Positions 19,798-29,405 are shown, numbered from the stretch's first letter. The stretch: DNA of 64,000 bases from an uncultured Phycisphaerales bacterium (GCA_938084645.1 CALKEP010000052.1:1722-65721), one strand, 5' to 3'. Notes: generated by a model from the sequence alone, not told the origin. A program made the numbers and translations.

Positions 19798-22474
19798 CCC
19801 GCTTGGCCGACTCGACCAGCTCGCGGAGGCGATCGAAGGCGGCCAGTGGCGTGAGTTCGTCGAGATCGATTCCGCGCAGGGTCTCCACCGCGGGATGCGG
19901 GAGGAACTCGCGGAAGAGCGAGAGCTGGTTGGCTGGGGGAGGCGGGGGCGCGGTCGGGACCTGTGCCGCCATCGCTTCGGCGTCGCCTTCGCGCACCTCG
20001 AGCGTCGTGAGCAGTTCCCTCGCCCGGTCGACGGCGGCGGGCGGAAGACCCGCGAGCTCCGCGACATGGATTCCGTAGCTGCGGTTGGTGCGCCCCGGCT
20101 GGATGCGATGGAGAAACACGATCCGGTCCTGCCACTCGCGAACCGACACGTGGAGGTTGGTGACCGACGGGAGACGGTCCGGGATCGAGGTGAGTTCGTG
20201 ATAGTGCGTGGCGAAGAGGGTTCGCGAGCCTCGGGCCGCGAGGTCCTCGGTGATCGCCCAGGCGAGGCTGAGTCCGTCGAGGGTGCTCGTGCCGCGCCCG
20301 ATCTCGTCGAGCACCACGAGGCTGCGGTCGGTCGCGTGGTGGAGGATGTTCGCGGTCTCGGTCATCTCCACCATGAAGGTCGAGCGACCGGCGTGCAGCT
20401 CGTCGCTCGCGCCGATCCGGGTGAAGATGCGATCGACCACGCCGATGCGGGCGCTGGTCGCGGGCACGAAGGAGCCGGCCTGGGCGAGGAGGACCACCAG
20501 GGCGGTCTGCCGGATGTAGGTGCTCTTGCCGGCCATGTTGGGCCCGGTGATGAGGGCGACGGTCGAGGGGACGTCTTCGCATCCCAGCCGGCAGTCGTTC
20601 GGGACGAATCGGTCGCGCATCGAGGCGTCGAGCACGGGGTGACGGGCTTCGACCAGTTCGAGCGTCGTGGTGTCGTCGATCTCCGGGCGGACCCAGCCCA
20701 GTCGATGCGCGGTCTCGGCGAGGCAGGCGGTGCAGTCGATCTCCGCGATGGCGTCACCGAAGGCGGCGATCGGTTCGAGGGCGTCGGCGATCGCGGCGCA
20801 GAGCGATGCGAAGATCCGTTTCTCCCGCTCGATGGCTCGGGCGCCCGCGGTGAGCACCTTGTCCTCGAACGTCTTGAGTTCGTCGGTGATGTAGCGTTCG
20901 GCGTTCTTGAGGGTCTGCTTGCGCACGAAGTTCGCGGGAACCTTCGCGTCGTTCGCCCGACTGACCTCGATGTAGTAGCCGAACACCCGGTTGAAGCCGA
21001 CCTTGAGCGCACCGATCCCGGTTTCCTCGACGATCCGGACCTGGTAGGCGGCGAGCCATTCGGTGGCGTCGCGTTCCAGGCTTCGCGCCTCGTCGAGTTC
21101 CTCGTCGACGCCGTCGCGGACGAGGCCGCCCTCGCGAAGATGGGTCGGGGCGTCGTCGATGCAGGTGCGGCCGATCCGCTCGGCCAGCGGCACCAGCCGA
21201 GCGACCGCGGACTCGAGCTGCTGATGAGTGGTGTCGAATGCCGGTCGGCAGCCGAGCATCTCGACCAGCGGGATGGCGGCGAGGACGCTGCGTCCGAGGG
21301 CGACCGCGTCCCGCGGGGTCGCCCGCCCGACCGCGATTCGCCCGGCGATCCGGGAGACGTCGTTGACGCCGGTGATCGCGGCACGAACCTGGTCCGCGGC
21401 GTCACGGTCCTCGATGAGTCCGCCGACCGCGCGATGTCGCTTGCCGATCTCCTCCGCGTCCAGCAGCGGCCAGCAGAGTCGTCGTCGCAGGGCCCGTCGA
21501 CCCATCGCGGTCCGGCAGTGCGGAAACACCGAGAGGAGCGAGCCGGCGACGTCGCCGCTTCGGCTGGTCCGTTCGATCTCGAGGCTGCGGAGCGTCGAGA
21601 GGTCCAGTCGCATGCAGCGATCGTCGTGGCGATGGCGGGGCGGACGCAGATGCGGAAGCGGCTTCGTGTCGCCGTCGGCGGCCTGCGTCTCGAGGAGGTA
21701 CCGGAGGAGACCACCGGCAGCGGCGGTCGCGGGATCCCCGGGCGCGAGTCCGAAGGCCTCGAGGCTCGCGACGCCGTAGTGATCCCGAAGCAGCCGTTCG
21801 CACTCGTCGATCGAGAAGTTCCAGCCCGGGCGATGGGTCAGCGCCGCGTCGATCGTCTCCGCGAGGCCGTCGTCGATCGCGTCGCCCTCGGGGAGATCGC
21901 CGGGTTCGGGGAGCAGGAGTTCGCTCGGAGCGTGTCGGGCGATCGCGTCGGCGAGTTCGACGCGGTCGCACACCTGGACGACGAACGCCCCGGTCGAGAG
22001 TTCGGCCACCGCGATCGCGACCCGATCGTCCTCGCCCGGGGCCACCGACGCCACGAGGTTCTCGCGCCCCGCTTCGAGCAGCGTCTCGTCGACGAGCGTC
22101 CCCGGGGTGAGCACGCGGGTCACCGCGCGATCGACCACGCCCTTCGCGTCCTTGGGATCCTGGATCTGGTCGCAGACCGCGACGCGGAATCCCTGTTCGA
22201 CGAGTCGACGGAGATACCCCTCGGCGGCGTGGTGCGGCACCCCGGCCATCGGCATCCCCTTGGAGCGTTCGGTGAGGGTGATGCCGAGCGCCTGATGCGC
22301 GGTCTCCGCGTCCGGTCCGAAGAGCTCGTAGAAGTCGCCCATGCGGAAGAACAGCAGACAGTCCGGGTGGGCCGCTTTGAACCGCGTGAACTGACGCATC
22401 GCGGGCGTCTCCCACTGCGGGCCGCGATAGGCGTCGGCGACGGGAGCCTGTTCTGCCGGGGGGGAAGTGGTCAC
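19784..22474 (-). CDS. mutS: DNA mismatch repair protein MutS
   Basis: 896 aa. It has the N-terminal mismatch-binding motif (FFRMGDFYELF), a Walker A (GPNMAGKSTYIRQ) and FATHYHELT. Confidence 0.97.
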   Translation of the reverse strand: MTTSPPAEQAPVADAYRGPQWETPAMRQFTRFKAAHPDCLLFFRMGDFYELFGPDAETAHQALGITLTERSKGMPMAGVPHHAAEGYLRRLVEQGFRVAVCDQIQDPKDAKGVVDRAVTRVLTPGTLVDETLLEAGRENLVASVAPGEDDRVAIAVAELSTGAFVVQVCDRVELADAIARHAPSELLLPEPGDLPEGDAIDDGLAETIDAALTHRPGWNFSIDECERLLRDHYGVASLEAFGLAPGDPATAAAGGLLRYLLETQAADGDTKPLPHLRPPRHRHDDRCMRLDLSTLRSLEIERTSRSGDVAGSLLSVFPHCRTAMGRRALRRRLCWPLLDAEEIGKRHRAVGGLIEDRDAADQVRAAITGVNDVSRIAGRIAVGRATPRDAVALGRSVLAAIPLVEMLGCRPAFDTTHQQLESAVARLVPLAERIGRTCIDDAPTHLREGGLVRDGVDEELDEARSLERDATEWLAAYQVRIVEETGIGALKVGFNRVFGYYIEVSRANDAKVPANFVRKQTLKNAERYITDELKTFEDKVLTAGARAIEREKRIFASLCAAIADALEPIAAFGDAIAEIDCTACLAETAHRLGWVRPEIDDTTTLELVEARHPVLDASMRDRFVPNDCRLGCEDVPSTVALITGPNMAGKSTYIRQTALVVLLAQAGSFVPATSARIGVVDRIFTRIGASDELHAGRSTFMVEMTETANILHHATDRSLVVLDEIGRGTSTLDGLSLAWAITEDLAARGSRTLFATHYHELTSIPDRLPSVTNLHVSVREWQDRIVFLHRIQPGRTNRSYGIHVAELAGLPPAAVDRARELLTTLEVREGDAEAMAAQVPTAPPPPPANQLSLFREFLPHPAVETLRGIDLDELTPLAAFDRLRELVESAKRDADA

Positions 22475-22556
22475 GCTGGAATTCTACGCCGACCGCCGGG
22501 CGTCGATCGTGGAGAAGTTGTCGGTGGCAGGGGCGATCAGGGAGATCGAGACGGGT

Positions 22557-23072
22557 TCAGCCGTCCGTCTTCGAGGTGGACGTCTTCCAGGAGATCCGCA
22601 CCCGCTTCTTGCCGAACTCGAGGGCGCCCTTGAGGTCGGTCCCGAAGTAGACGTCGATCCGGTGCTTCCACCGCTTGTTCATCTTGTCCAGGACGAGGTA
22701 CGGCCCCGTCTCCTTCCCATCGATCTCGATCCAGACCGACGAACGGTGGTGCAGTCCCTCTTCGAGGAGGTCCCGGCTGACCGCGATGGACTTCACCTTC
22801 GGATCCAGTCGTTCGTTCCAGGCGGCGATGAAGGGATCGCCATCCGTCTCCTGAGGCCGCGAGCAGTAGGCGGTCGCGGTCACCCACATGGTGTGCCGCT
22901 CGCCGTGCTCGGGGTGCGCTTCGGTGGTGCGGGTGTCCGGCCCGGTCTTCGGAAGGTTGGACTCGGACGCGCTGGCGCTGCTCGGCCCGCAGCCACCGAG
23001 GAGGACCGTGACGGTGATCGCGATGGCACCACCCAGGCCCATTCCGAACGCGGTGACGGTCGCGGCCCTCAT
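22557..23072 (-). CDS. 3D-domain (MltA/RlpA-like) lipoprotein
   Basis: 171 aa from the ATG at 23072, with lipobox LLGGC. The segment VTATAYC...DGDPF...IAVSRDLL...IEIDG...YLVLDKM is typical of 3D-domain proteins. ATGA overlap with the ThuA gene. Confidence 0.75.
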   Translation of the reverse strand: MRAATVTAFGMGLGGAIAITVTVLLGGCGPSSASASESNLPKTGPDTRTTEAHPEHGERHTMWVTATAYCSRPQETDGDPFIAAWNERLDPKVKSIAVSRDLLEEGLHHRSSVWIEIDGKETGPYLVLDKMNKRWKHRIDVYFGTDLKGALEFGKKRVRISWKTSTSKTDG

Positions 23073-23944
23073 CGCGTCGCGCCCTTGTCGGGGGTGGCGT
23101 CGCCCGGCACGGCGTCCGTGGGGACGGCAGGCTTTCGCGGGGGGTGGGGCGTCATGCCCGCCGCCCACTTGATCGCGCCGGCGAGATGCTCGCGGAAGAG
23201 CGGCTCGGCGTACGACGCATCGGTGTGTCCGCCGCCGGTGTAGAAGGCGCGGCCCCCGTCGTAGTCGTGATACCAGCTGATGGGATGATCGCCGTCCATG
23301 CCACCGCCCTGATACGACGTCTCGTCGAGACTCATCAGAACGCGGACGTTGGGCCGGGGATTCTTTCGGTAGACGTACCACTCGTCGGTCCGGTCCCAGG
23401 TCGCGGGCAGCATGCGGGTCGCGGGGAACGTTCGATCTTCGACGTTGATCCGGGCGGGCTGGATCGCCGGATGAGTCTTGAACCAGGCGCCGACCAGGCG
23501 GCCGTACCAGGGCCAGTCGTACTCGGTGTCGGCCGCACTGTGCACGCCGACGTATCCACCGCCTCCCCGAATGAAGTTCTCGAAGTGCCGCTGCTGCTCG
23601 TCGTCGAGGACGTCACCGGTGGTGTTCAGGAAGACCACGCAGTCCGTCTTGCCGAGCCGGGTGGGTTCGAAGAATCGTGGATCCTCGGTCGCCTCGACCC
23701 GGAACCCGTGCTCACGACCGAGCTCGGTGAGTGACTTGATGCCGGCGGGGATCGAACCGTGTCGGAAGCCCGTGGTCCGCGAGAAGACGAGCACCGCGGG
23801 GGTTTCCGCGCGAGCCGCGGGGGGTTCGACGTCCGGCGGCTTCGGCGTGTCCAAAGCGAGGAGGATCGAAGCGGTCAGGAGGCAGACGAACACCGGGGCG
23901 AGGGTTCGAAGGAAACGCTGTCGGACGGTGTCGGTGGATCGCAT
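23069..23944 (-). CDS. ThuA-domain (trehalose-utilisation-like) protein, secreted
   Basis: 291 aa with a signal/TM N-terminus. The core (VLVFSRTTGFRHGSIPAG ... GGGGYVGVHSAADTEYDWPWY ... HPISWYHDYDGGRAFYTGGGH) matches the ThuA pattern. Confidence 0.85.
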   Translation of the reverse strand: MRSTDTVRQRFLRTLAPVFVCLLTASILLALDTPKPPDVEPPAARAETPAVLVFSRTTGFRHGSIPAGIKSLTELGREHGFRVEATEDPRFFEPTRLGKTDCVVFLNTTGDVLDDEQQRHFENFIRGGGGYVGVHSAADTEYDWPWYGRLVGAWFKTHPAIQPARINVEDRTFPATRMLPATWDRTDEWYVYRKNPRPNVRVLMSLDETSYQGGGMDGDHPISWYHDYDGGRAFYTGGGHTDASYAEPLFREHLAGAIKWAAGMTPHPPRKPAVPTDAVPGDATPDKGATR

Positions 23945-24290
23945 GGCCCCATGCTAGACCGAACGGGGCGGAGTGATTCAACTCCTCGTCGAGAAGCCGA
24001 ATGAAAACCCCACTCGATCCGAGGTGGATCGAGCGGGGAAGGAACTCGTGGTGAGTCCCGGTCGCCGTCGTCTCTGGGGGCCTTCGTCCGGAGTCCTGGA
24101 GACAGGCGTTTCGAGGGGGTCGATGCTCTCTCCAGACCGGCCTCCTCGCTATCCCATGCGAAGAGCCGGCCGGTTCGGCCCACCTTGTTGGAGAGATTCT
24201 TCGAGAACGAGGGCCGGCCCCCCCGGCAGGGGTGTTCTGGGCTCGCTTCGGCGGGAGCGGCACGCCGGCGCAGGGTCGAAATGACGTCCT

Positions 24291-24330
24291 GATAAAGCAA
24301 CGCCCCCTTCCACGGGGGTGGAAAGGGGCG
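24291..24330 (-). terminator. Intrinsic terminator of tRNA-Ala
   Basis: In the minus-strand RNA there is a 13-bp stem (CGCCCCUUUCCAC/GUGGAAGGGGGCG, with one G-U pair that would be a C-A mismatch on the other strand). The loop is CCCC and the tail is UUGCUUUAU. It begins 13 nt after the tRNA 3' end. Confidence 0.6.
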
Positions 24331-24342
24331 GGCGGGGTTCAG

Positions 24343-24415
24343 TGGAGCCGATCGGGATCGAACCGACAACCTCCTCGATGCGACCGAGGCGCTCTCCCAA
24401 TTGAGCTACGGCCCC
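24343..24415 (-). tRNA. tRNA-Ala (anticodon CGC)
   Basis: The reverse complement, GGGGCCGTAGCTCAATTGGGAGAGCGCCTCGGTCGCATCGAGGAGGTTGTCGGTTCGATCCCGATCGGCTCCA, folds as a 73-nt cloverleaf. It has the G3:U70 alanine identity pair and anticodon loop GU-CGC-AU. No CCA is encoded. Confidence 0.9.
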
Positions 24416-24539
24416 GCATGATCCGGCCATTCGGCCGGCCGCGAAGTATATCGAACGGACTCCTCGACGGCCAGCATCGAGGGGTCGGCCGGGAATCGGT
24501 GGCGTCCAGCCGCTATCCTCCCGACCCGGAGTCCGAATC

Positions 24540-25490
24540 ATGTCCGCCACCGCCACGCTGGTCTTCTATTGCATCGTCATCCTGCTCGTCTCGGTCGGGG
24601 GAGGTCTCGTTCCGAGTTTCGTCCGCCTGACGCATCGTCGGATGCAGCTCGCCCTCTGTCTCGTCTCGGGGGTCATGCTGGGGGTCGGGATGCTTCACAT
24701 GCTCGGGCACGCCGCGGAGGCCGTGGTGCACGCCCACGGCGACGGGGTCTCGATGCACACCGTGATGCTCGCGGCGGTCGGCGGATTCCTCGCCATGTTC
24801 CTCCTCGAGCGATTCTTCTGCTTCCACCATCACGAGACGCCGGACGAGAACGGACACACTTGCGGTCACGATCATCAATCGTCCGAAGCGTGCCTGGAGG
24901 ACGCACCCAGTTCGGAACATCGTCTCGGCTGGGTCGGCGCCTTCGTGGGCCTCACCGTGCACACGCTCCTGGCCGGCCTCGCCCTCGGGGCCGCCGTTTC
25001 CAGCGGGGTGGACCAGACGTCGGTCGAGGGTCCGACGCCGGCATCCGTCGCCTCGGGACTCGCCGGCTTCGGGGTCTTTCTCGGAATCGTGCTCCACAAG
25101 CCGTTCGACGCCTTCACCATCGTCGCGCTGATGCAGCGTTCCGGCCGACCGCGGCTCGCCGTGCATCTGGTGAACGCGATCTTCGCGCTGGTGATTCCCC
25201 TCGGCGTCCTGCTCTTCGTGGCTGGTGCCGATCTCGCGTCGAATGCCGCGACGTTCACCACCCTCGCACTCGCCTTCAGCGCCGGGACGTTCATCTGCAT
25301 CGCGGCCAGCGATGTTCTGCCCGAGTTGCAGTTTCACCGACATGATCGGGTCGCCATGACCTGCATGCTGGTGATCGGCCTCGTGATCGCGTGGGGAAGC
25401 GGGCTCCTCGAGGAGGGGGGGCATCACCACCACCATCACGCCCCCGTCTCGGAGGCGGACGTGACCGGACCGTCGCTTCCCCCTCGCTGA
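24540..25490 (+). CDS. ZIP-family divalent metal (zinc) transporter
   Basis: 316 aa, multi-TM, with a His-rich cytoplasmic loop (HHHETPDENGHTCGHDH). The ZIP-like TM motif is GTFICIAASDVLPEL. A natural HHHHHH run lies near the C-terminus. Confidence 0.9.
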   Translation: MSATATLVFYCIVILLVSVGGGLVPSFVRLTHRRMQLALCLVSGVMLGVGMLHMLGHAAEAVVHAHGDGVSMHTVMLAAVGGFLAMFLLERFFCFHHHETPDENGHTCGHDHQSSEACLEDAPSSEHRLGWVGAFVGLTVHTLLAGLALGAAVSSGVDQTSVEGPTPASVASGLAGFGVFLGIVLHKPFDAFTIVALMQRSGRPRLAVHLVNAIFALVIPLGVLLFVAGADLASNAATFTTLALAFSAGTFICIAASDVLPELQFHRHDRVAMTCMLVIGLVIAWGSGLLEEGGHHHHHHAPVSEADVTGPSLPPR

Positions 25491-25668
25491 TCCGGGGAAT
25501 GCTCGGATTCGGGTGTCCGGGCCGTGCTTTCTCGAGGGATCGCGCAAATCACGCCGTAATCGTGAGATGAGGTATTGCGGTCGGAAGCCGGATCTTCTAC
25601 ATTCCAGATTCCTCCTGATCGATCCGTGTCCGTCCGACCTTGGAGGAGAGTCGCACGAACACTTCGAA

Positions 25669-25703
25669 CGACCCGCCGACCTCGTCGGCGGGTCGGTTTT
25701 TTT
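25669..25703 (+). terminator. Canonical rho-independent terminator
   Basis: 11-bp GC-rich stem CGACCCGCCGA/TCGGCGGGTCG with a 5-nt loop, followed by G plus T7. It lies about 180 nt downstream of the ZIP stop codon. Confidence 0.7.
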
Positions 25704-25818
25704 CCACCGTGGGCCCCTCACGGGTCCGCCGAGGAGCTCGGCGGGACCCGCCGAACGGACTTGAATCCGACGCGTGCGGCGCGGTCCGAGGCCCGCTCCG
25801 CTGCTAGGCTCTTCCATC

Positions 25819-26001
25819 ATGAAATCCGAACGCCTGCTCGCCGAACTGAACCGCCTCCGATCCGATCTCGACAAGGATCCCAGCGATCTCGAGTGGTTCA
25901 CCCTTCATCACGTCTTCTGTTTCGTCAGCTACCAGCATTCCGCCTTCCAGGCATACCTCGACGAAGCGATCAAGCCCGGGGACGAGGTCCCGGAGGACTG
26001 A
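25819..26001 (+). CDS. Small hypothetical protein (60 aa)
   Basis: MKSERLLAELNRLRSDLDKDPSDLEWFTLHHVF... shows strong third-position GC bias, unlike the flanking sequence. It has no recognisable motif and no clear SD. Confidence 0.45.
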   Translation: MKSERLLAELNRLRSDLDKDPSDLEWFTLHHVFCFVSYQHSAFQAYLDEAIKPGDEVPED

Positions 26002-26105
26002 TCTCCGCATCCGGGGTTCCTCCGCCTTCGGTCGGTTTCGGGGCGTGGGACAGGGCGGGCATGCGGTATCCTGCGGGAATTCCCCGTCCACGGATCCCGA
26101 CCCCC

Positions 26106-28958
26106 ATGACCAGCCAATCCTCCCAGTCAGATTCACGCGACCGCCGCGGGTTCAAGGAGACCCTCAATCTCCCCTCGACCCCGTTTCCGATGCGTGCCAA
26201 TCTCGCCCAGAACGAACCGAAGACGGTCGACCGCTGGGAGACCGGGTCGATGTACGCCGAGATCGACGCGAACCGACGCGATTCCGGGGCCCCGGTGTTC
26301 CGGTTCCACGACGGGCCGCCCTACGCGAACGGCTCGATCCACGTCGGACATCTCCTCAACAAGGTGCTCAAGGACCTCGTGGTCCGCTCGCGATTGATGG
26401 AGGGGATGCGATGCCCGTTCACGCCGGGCTGGGATTGCCACGGGCTGCCCATCGAACATCGGGTGATGACGGAACTCCATGAGAAGGGGAAGGCCGCGAA
26501 GCTCGCCGGACTCCCCGACGACACGCGTCGAATCGCGATTCGACGCGAATGCGCGGCCTATGCGGCCAAGTTCATCAAGTTGCAGTCGGGACAGATGCGG
26601 CGTCTCCTGACGATCGCCGACTACGACGATCCCTACCTGACCATGAACCCCGGATACGAGGCCCGCACCATCGAGGTGTTCGCGGACCTCGTGGAACAGG
26701 GCGTGGTGTACCGGGACCTGAAGCCCGTCCACTGGTCGATCGAGAACCAGACTGCACTCGCCGAGGCGGAACTCGAATACGAGGATCGCGAGGATCCGCA
26801 GGTGTTCGTCGATTTCGAGGCCACCGATCGGGAGGCGACCGGGCGGGCCTTCGATCTGGAACTCGAAGCCACGCCGAGCTTCATGATCTGGACCACCACC
26901 CCCTGGACCCTGCCCGCGAACCTCGCGATCGCGGTCGGGCCGCGATACCGGTACGTGCTCGCACGGATGGACGGACAGGAGACGGTCGTCGCCCGTGAAC
27001 TGCTCGAGGCGGTGGTCGAACAGTGCGGAATCGAGGAGGTCGAGGTCCTCGCGGAATGCACCGGGGCCGATCTGCTCGGTCTCGAGTACCGCCATCCGTT
27101 CATCGATCGGGTGGGACGGATCGTCGAAGCCGACTACGTGACGCTCGAGGACGGGACCGGACTCGTGCACACCGCGCCTGGTCACGGACAGGAGGACTAC
27201 CGGACCGGCCAGCGCGAGGGATTCGACGTGTACTGCCCCGTCCTGGGTGACGGCACCTACGACGAGACCGTGCCCGACTGGCTTCGAGGAAAGTCGATCT
27301 GGGACGCCAACGGCCTGATCGCGGACCACTTGCGGGAGAGCGGGCACCTCGTCCATCACGAACTGTTCATGCACAGCTATCCGCACGACTGGCGATCGAA
27401 GACGCCGGTGATCTTCCGATCCACGGAGCAGTGGTTCGTGGCGGTCGATCGGGCGACGGTCCGGGACGGACGCAGCCTCCGGGATCTCGCGATGGAGGCC
27501 ACCGGCGAATCGGTCGACTTCATTCCGGAATGGGGACGAAACCGCATGCGGGGCATGGTCGAGTCCCGTCCCGACTGGTGCCTGTCGCGCCAGCGGGCCT
27601 GGGGACTGCCGATCCCGGCGTTCCGCGGCCCCGACGGTGAGGTCGTCATGACGCCGGCCTCGGTTCGCGCGGTCGCGAAGGCGTTCGAGGCCCGCGGCTC
27701 GGATGCGTGGTTCTCGGAGTCGCCGGCGGAACTGCTCGCGGACTGGGATCCGTCGCAGGATCCGGGCGTGACCGACGATCTCGATCCGTCGACGCTCGAG
27801 AAGATGTATGACATCTTCGACGTCTGGTTCGAGTCCGGCTCGAGTTGGGCGGCGGTGATGCGGGCCCGCGACCAGGGCATTCCGGCGGACCTCTACCTCG
27901 AGGGAAGCGACCAGCATCGCGGCTGGTTCCAGCTCTCGCTCCTGCCGGCGCTCGGCGCCACCGGGGCGCCGCCGTACCGCACGCTCCTGACGCACGGCTT
28001 CATGGTCGACAAGGACGGCCGGAAGATGTCGAAGTCGTCCGGCAACGCCCTGAGCGTCGACGAGCTGCTCAAGGACTTCGGGGCGGACGTCTGTCGCTGG
28101 TGGGTCTGTTCGCTGCCCTTCGAGAACGACATCAAGGTCGACCTCGACTTCTTCAAGGTCGCGGGCGAGAGCTACCGCAAGATCCGCAACACGCTTCGAT
28201 TCCTGCTCGGAAATCTTTCGGACTTCGACGTGGATCGCGACGGCATCGCGCTCGATGCGATCGAACCCGCGTCGATCGACGCATGGGCCCTCGCGGAAGC
28301 GGTCCGGGTCGAGCAGCGGGTTCGACACGCGTTCGCGACGTACGCGTTCCGCGACGCCCATCAGGTCCTCTACGACTTCTGCAACGAGACGCTGAGTTCG
28401 ATCTATCTCGTCGCGACCAAGGATCGCCTGTACTGCGACGCGGCGGACAGCCACCGTCGTCGACGCACCCAGACGGTCATGCACGCGATCAGCGACCTGC
28501 TCTGCCGCCTGCTGGAGCCCGTGGTGCCCCACACCGCCGACGAGGCGTTCCGGGCGCTCCACGGGGATGATGCCGCGAACGTCCATCTGGCGGGGCCACT
28601 CGATCTGTCGGCGACCTGCGATCACGAATGGTCGGCCGTGATCAATCTCCGCGACGCGGCCCTCAAGCGACTCGAGGAGGCGAAGGCCGATGGCATCGAC
28701 AACCCGCTCGACGCCGGGCTCGTGATCCCCGATCCGGAGGGGACGTTCGCCCGTTTCGGCGAGGATCTCGCCGATCTCTGTGGTGTGAGCCGAGCCCGGT
28801 TCGAGGCCGGACTCGGTGAAGTCGAGATCGAGGATCTCCGGGACGCGCCACGATGCGAGCGGAGTCGCAAGCGTGACGGCACCGTTCGGGAGCGATCGGA
28901 CGGTGCCTTGCTTTCGGATCGTGATGCCGCCGCCATCGGGCTCGACCCCGCGAGCTGA
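26106..28958 (+). CDS. ileS: Isoleucine--tRNA ligase
   Basis: 950 aa from the ATG at 26106. It has the HIGH motif (PYANGSIHVGHLLNK) and KMSKS (KMSKSSGN). The upstream 177 codons of ORF 25575..28958 are non-protein-like and were discarded. Confidence 0.97.
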   Translation: MTSQSSQSDSRDRRGFKETLNLPSTPFPMRANLAQNEPKTVDRWETGSMYAEIDANRRDSGAPVFRFHDGPPYANGSIHVGHLLNKVLKDLVVRSRLMEGMRCPFTPGWDCHGLPIEHRVMTELHEKGKAAKLAGLPDDTRRIAIRRECAAYAAKFIKLQSGQMRRLLTIADYDDPYLTMNPGYEARTIEVFADLVEQGVVYRDLKPVHWSIENQTALAEAELEYEDREDPQVFVDFEATDREATGRAFDLELEATPSFMIWTTTPWTLPANLAIAVGPRYRYVLARMDGQETVVARELLEAVVEQCGIEEVEVLAECTGADLLGLEYRHPFIDRVGRIVEADYVTLEDGTGLVHTAPGHGQEDYRTGQREGFDVYCPVLGDGTYDETVPDWLRGKSIWDANGLIADHLRESGHLVHHELFMHSYPHDWRSKTPVIFRSTEQWFVAVDRATVRDGRSLRDLAMEATGESVDFIPEWGRNRMRGMVESRPDWCLSRQRAWGLPIPAFRGPDGEVVMTPASVRAVAKAFEARGSDAWFSESPAELLADWDPSQDPGVTDDLDPSTLEKMYDIFDVWFESGSSWAAVMRARDQGIPADLYLEGSDQHRGWFQLSLLPALGATGAPPYRTLLTHGFMVDKDGRKMSKSSGNALSVDELLKDFGADVCRWWVCSLPFENDIKVDLDFFKVAGESYRKIRNTLRFLLGNLSDFDVDRDGIALDAIEPASIDAWALAEAVRVEQRVRHAFATYAFRDAHQVLYDFCNETLSSIYLVATKDRLYCDAADSHRRRRTQTVMHAISDLLCRLLEPVVPHTADEAFRALHGDDAANVHLAGPLDLSATCDHEWSAVINLRDAALKRLEEAKADGIDNPLDAGLVIPDPEGTFARFGEDLADLCGVSRARFEAGLGEVEIEDLRDAPRCERSRKRDGTVRERSDGALLSDRDAAAIGLDPAS

Positions 28959-29026
28959 TCGTGACCCGGGCGTGGGTGGCTCGCGAACCCCGCATCCGGT
29001 TCCAGACCATCGAACGTGCAGAGCGA

Positions 29027-29056
29027 CCCCTCGGATCTCCAGAGAGATCCGAGGGG
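29027..29056. other. Perfect 13-bp inverted repeat / stem-loop downstream of ileS
   Basis: CCCCTCGGATCTC-caga-GAGATCCGAGGGG, with no U tract on either strand. It starts 69 nt after the ileS stop. Confidence 0.5.
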
Positions 29057-29405
29057 GCTCACATCGAAATCGAATGGTCCGCTGGACGGCCTCGACGTCG
29101 AAGATCCCCCGGAAACGCCGCCACGATGTTCGAGAATGGGGGGAACGGACGCAGTCCCCGTCATCCGTATGCCGATCCGGGACGTGGATCGACCCGAACG
29201 GTGTGGCTTCGGGAGTCCGTAGTGACGATCGCGGCGGGCGTGACAGGCTCGCCGAGGAAATCTCCCAACGGGGGCGCCCTCGGAGATTGCGATCAGGGCG
29301 TCCGGTGGTGAAGCGACCTCGCGCGATCCCGGGAGACGCTCGGGGGTCGGGGGCCGGGATCGTCGTGATCGTGCTGGTTGTGGGAGTCGGCGCCCGCGGC
29401 TGGTG

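Noticed and set aside
19406-22633. 1075-aa ORF on the plus strand
   Set aside because: It is antisense to mutS and the tlpA-like gene. The translation is Arg/Gly/Glu-rich, and mutS on the other strand has all its canonical motifs.
23945-24290. 346-bp non-coding stretch next to tRNA-Ala, inspected for RNase P RNA, tmRNA, SRP RNA or an integration scar
   Set aside because: None of the conserved blocks I know are present (GAGGAAAGUCC for RNase P, a tRNA-like CCA end or tag ORF for tmRNA, GGAAGCAGCC-type SRP domain IV). There is no integrase and no repeat of the tRNA 3' end. It is most simply the promoter region of the ThuA/3D operon plus the tRNA terminator.
25575-26105. 177-codon N-terminal extension of the ileS ORF
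   Set aside because: The extension is Arg/Pro/Ser-rich and runs through a canonical terminator (25669-25703) and through the separate GC3-biased small ORF frame region. IleS homology begins at MTSQSS...KETLNLPSTPFPMRANL from the ATG at 26106.
26133-28625. 830-aa ORF on the minus strand
   Set aside because: It is antisense to ileS, which carries HIGH and KMSKS motifs, so this is a shadow ORF.
28961-29311. 116-codon plus-strand ORF in the ileS/csaA convergent gap
   Set aside because: It has mixed third-position composition, Arg/Gly/Pro-rich content, a GTG start without an SD, and it reads through the 13-bp palindrome. It is treated as non-coding; see the finding on this gap.
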